Origin: Candidatus Zhuqueibacterota bacterium
Lineage (GTDB): Bacteria > Zhuqueibacterota > Zhuqueibacteria > Thermofontimicrobiales > Thiofontviventaceae
Reading direction: 5' to 3'
Assembly (NCBI GenBank): GCA_016931935.1
Contig: JAFGDW010000160.1
Coordinates: 2,918 to 66,917 of the forward strand
DNA length: 64,000 bases
Made by a program: the position numbers and the translations under genes. Of this stretch, positions 62,636-64,000 are shown piece after piece; positions within the stretch are counted from its first letter, which is position 1; every line of letters starts with the position of its first letter. A model generated the notes under the pieces. That model worked only from the letters and a program-made list of their open reading frames with translations, ran no database searches and was not told where the DNA came from.

Positions 62636-63427
62636 ATGCATATGTTAAAAATGAAGCCGCTGGTACTGTCATTTATCAGTTTAGGATTGTTTTGGATTTC
62701 TTCCGGATCGGGGTATGCTACAGAGACGCTAAAATTACAACCGATTCATCCGTTAAAATCCATGTTGTGGGAACAGCATCGGATGTCGAGCGATGCGAGT
62801 TTGGCAATGCTGTCGGTTCCTGCTTCAACGGACGATGTCCCAAATAGCGCAGAACCCAAATCTAAAGGTAAGGCGCTGATATTGTCATTGTTTATTCCTG
62901 GTGCTGGCCAACAGTACCTGGGGCATACCACATCGGCAAAAAGTTACTTCTTCACAGAAATCGCGTTGTGGACCGGTGTAATATCATTCCAGGCATATAG
63001 TGCTTGGCGGCGGGATGATATGAAAACCTATGCATCGTTACATGCGGGAGCAGATGTCAGTGATAAACCGTCACAGTATTTCGTGGACATGGGAAATTAC
63101 ATGGATGTGCGCGACTATAACGATGCGAAACAACGCAATCGGGAATTTTACAAAATTTACGATGAAACCGATTATTTTTGGGCCTGGGATAATGAGGCAC
63201 AGCAACATGAATTTGAAGACCTGCGCATCTCTAGTGATCGCGCGCGAAACCGGGCAATCTTTATCGTAGGTGGAATTTTGGCTAATCATCTGATTAGTAC
63301 GATTGATGCAGTATGGAAATCGTATAAATATAACAAGCGACATCAACAGCAGTCAAGTAACTGGAATTTACAATTCGCTGCACCGCATCAGGGTGAGTGG
63401 CGAATGGTATTCAATACGGCATTTTGA
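62636..63427 (+). CDS. DUF5683-like protein, paralog of the upstream gene
   Basis: KALILSLFIPGAGQQY..EIALW..NHLISTIDA; ends MVFNTAF. Exact start uncertain (62636/62642/62651). Confidence 0.65.
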   Translation: MHMLKMKPLVLSFISLGLFWISSGSGYATETLKLQPIHPLKSMLWEQHRMSSDASLAMLSVPASTDDVPNSAEPKSKGKALILSLFIPGAGQQYLGHTTSAKSYFFTEIALWTGVISFQAYSAWRRDDMKTYASLHAGADVSDKPSQYFVDMGNYMDVRDYNDAKQRNREFYKIYDETDYFWAWDNEAQQHEFEDLRISSDRARNRAIFIVGGILANHLISTIDAVWKSYKYNKRHQQQSSNWNLQFAAPHQGEWRMVFNTAF

Positions 63428-63453
63428 TATGACTTCAAAATAAGTGAATAAAT

Positions 63454-63488
63454 GAAAACCAGGTTTTTTTTAGAAACCTGGTTTTTTT
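63454..63488. terminator. Bidirectional terminator / REP-like palindrome between convergent genes
   Basis: AAAACCAGGTTT..AGAAACCTGGTTTTTTT. Confidence 0.65.
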
Positions 63489-63525
63489 GATTTCTGAAAG
63501 ACAGATCGACATTATACAAAAATAT

Positions 63526-64000
63526 TTATCTCTGTCCGACTAATCCAACTTTGTGAACAGCTCTGATAATCTGCTCAACTCGTATTTCCAAATCCCCGGT
63601 AATACCAACAGATATTCGTAACAGCCCTGGTGAAATACCTATCTTCTCCTGATCACATGGTGCAATTTCCGATGCGGTGGAAGAGCCTGAACAGCTCATT
63701 AGTGTATCGAAATAGCCAAGGGAAACAGCAATTAATCCAAATTTCTCTTCATTTTGAAGAGTAGTCATAAGTTCTTCCGCCTTGACTTTGGTTTTGCAAT
63801 CAAGTGTCAGAATACCGCCATAACCATAACCATCATTCATCATTGATGTGTGCAGATCGTACTGCGGGTGAGAGCGTAATCCCGGATAGCAGACGGGAGC
63901 GCCAATTTCGTGCAAGCGATCAGCGATTATCATTGCACGCCGGCTGTGTTCACGCATGCGAATGGCTAGATGGGGAATCCGCTGGATCAAATCGAAAGCA
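63526..64000 (-). CDS. PLP-dependent Cys/Met metabolism enzyme (methionine gamma-lyase-like), C-terminal part
   Basis: RMREHSRRA, YPGL.SHPQ, GYGG.L, AVSLGYFDTLMS, GLLRISVG; open to the right edge. Confidence 0.85.
   Translation of the reverse strand, partial: AFDLIQRIPHLAIRMREHSRRAMIIADRLHEIGAPVCYPGLRSHPQYDLHTSMMNDGYGYGGILTLDCKTKVKAEELMTTLQNEEKFGLIAVSLGYFDTLMSCSGSSTASEIAPCDQEKIGISPGLLRISVGITGDLEIRVEQIIRAVHKVGLVGQR

Overview
AT-rich bacterial chromosomal window. It most resembles an FCB-group lineage such as KSB1 or Calditrichota; this is inferred from PorV, T9SS-type NYPNPFN C-terminal domains, a Bacteroides/Chlamydia-type V-ATPase operon and sigma70-like promoters. Left to right it holds: a CsgG/TolB-N-TPR lipoprotein (partial) and a HAMP-GAF-PP2C phosphatase; two cassettes pairing CsgG-like proteins with giant T9SS cargo; a GldA/F/G-like ABC operon with DUF4340; a YitJ-like enzyme; a PutP-like symporter with a 29-aa upstream peptide; a multi-PAS kinase; a V-type ATPase operon; accBC; gcvH-gcvPA; and a porV cluster containing an apparently dead M6 protease. 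The most notable region is the minus-strand locus at ~43.1-49.6 kb. It encodes an Rv3378c (tuberculosinyl transferase)-like enzyme with no partner diterpene cyclase in the window, a tandem double STAND-like NTPase, an AAA_35-type NTPase with an OmpR-like winged HTH, and two small membrane proteins. Both transcription units have an ACCGTT-N4-ACCGTT direct repeat exactly 7 nt upstream of a -35 box, suggesting an autoregulated terpenoid-signal/STAND circuit. A MITE family with ~14-bp terminal inverted repeats (TIRs), 8-bp target-site duplications (TSDs) and interchangeable internal hairpins occurs four times. All calls come from reading the sequence and recalled family motifs; no searches were run.
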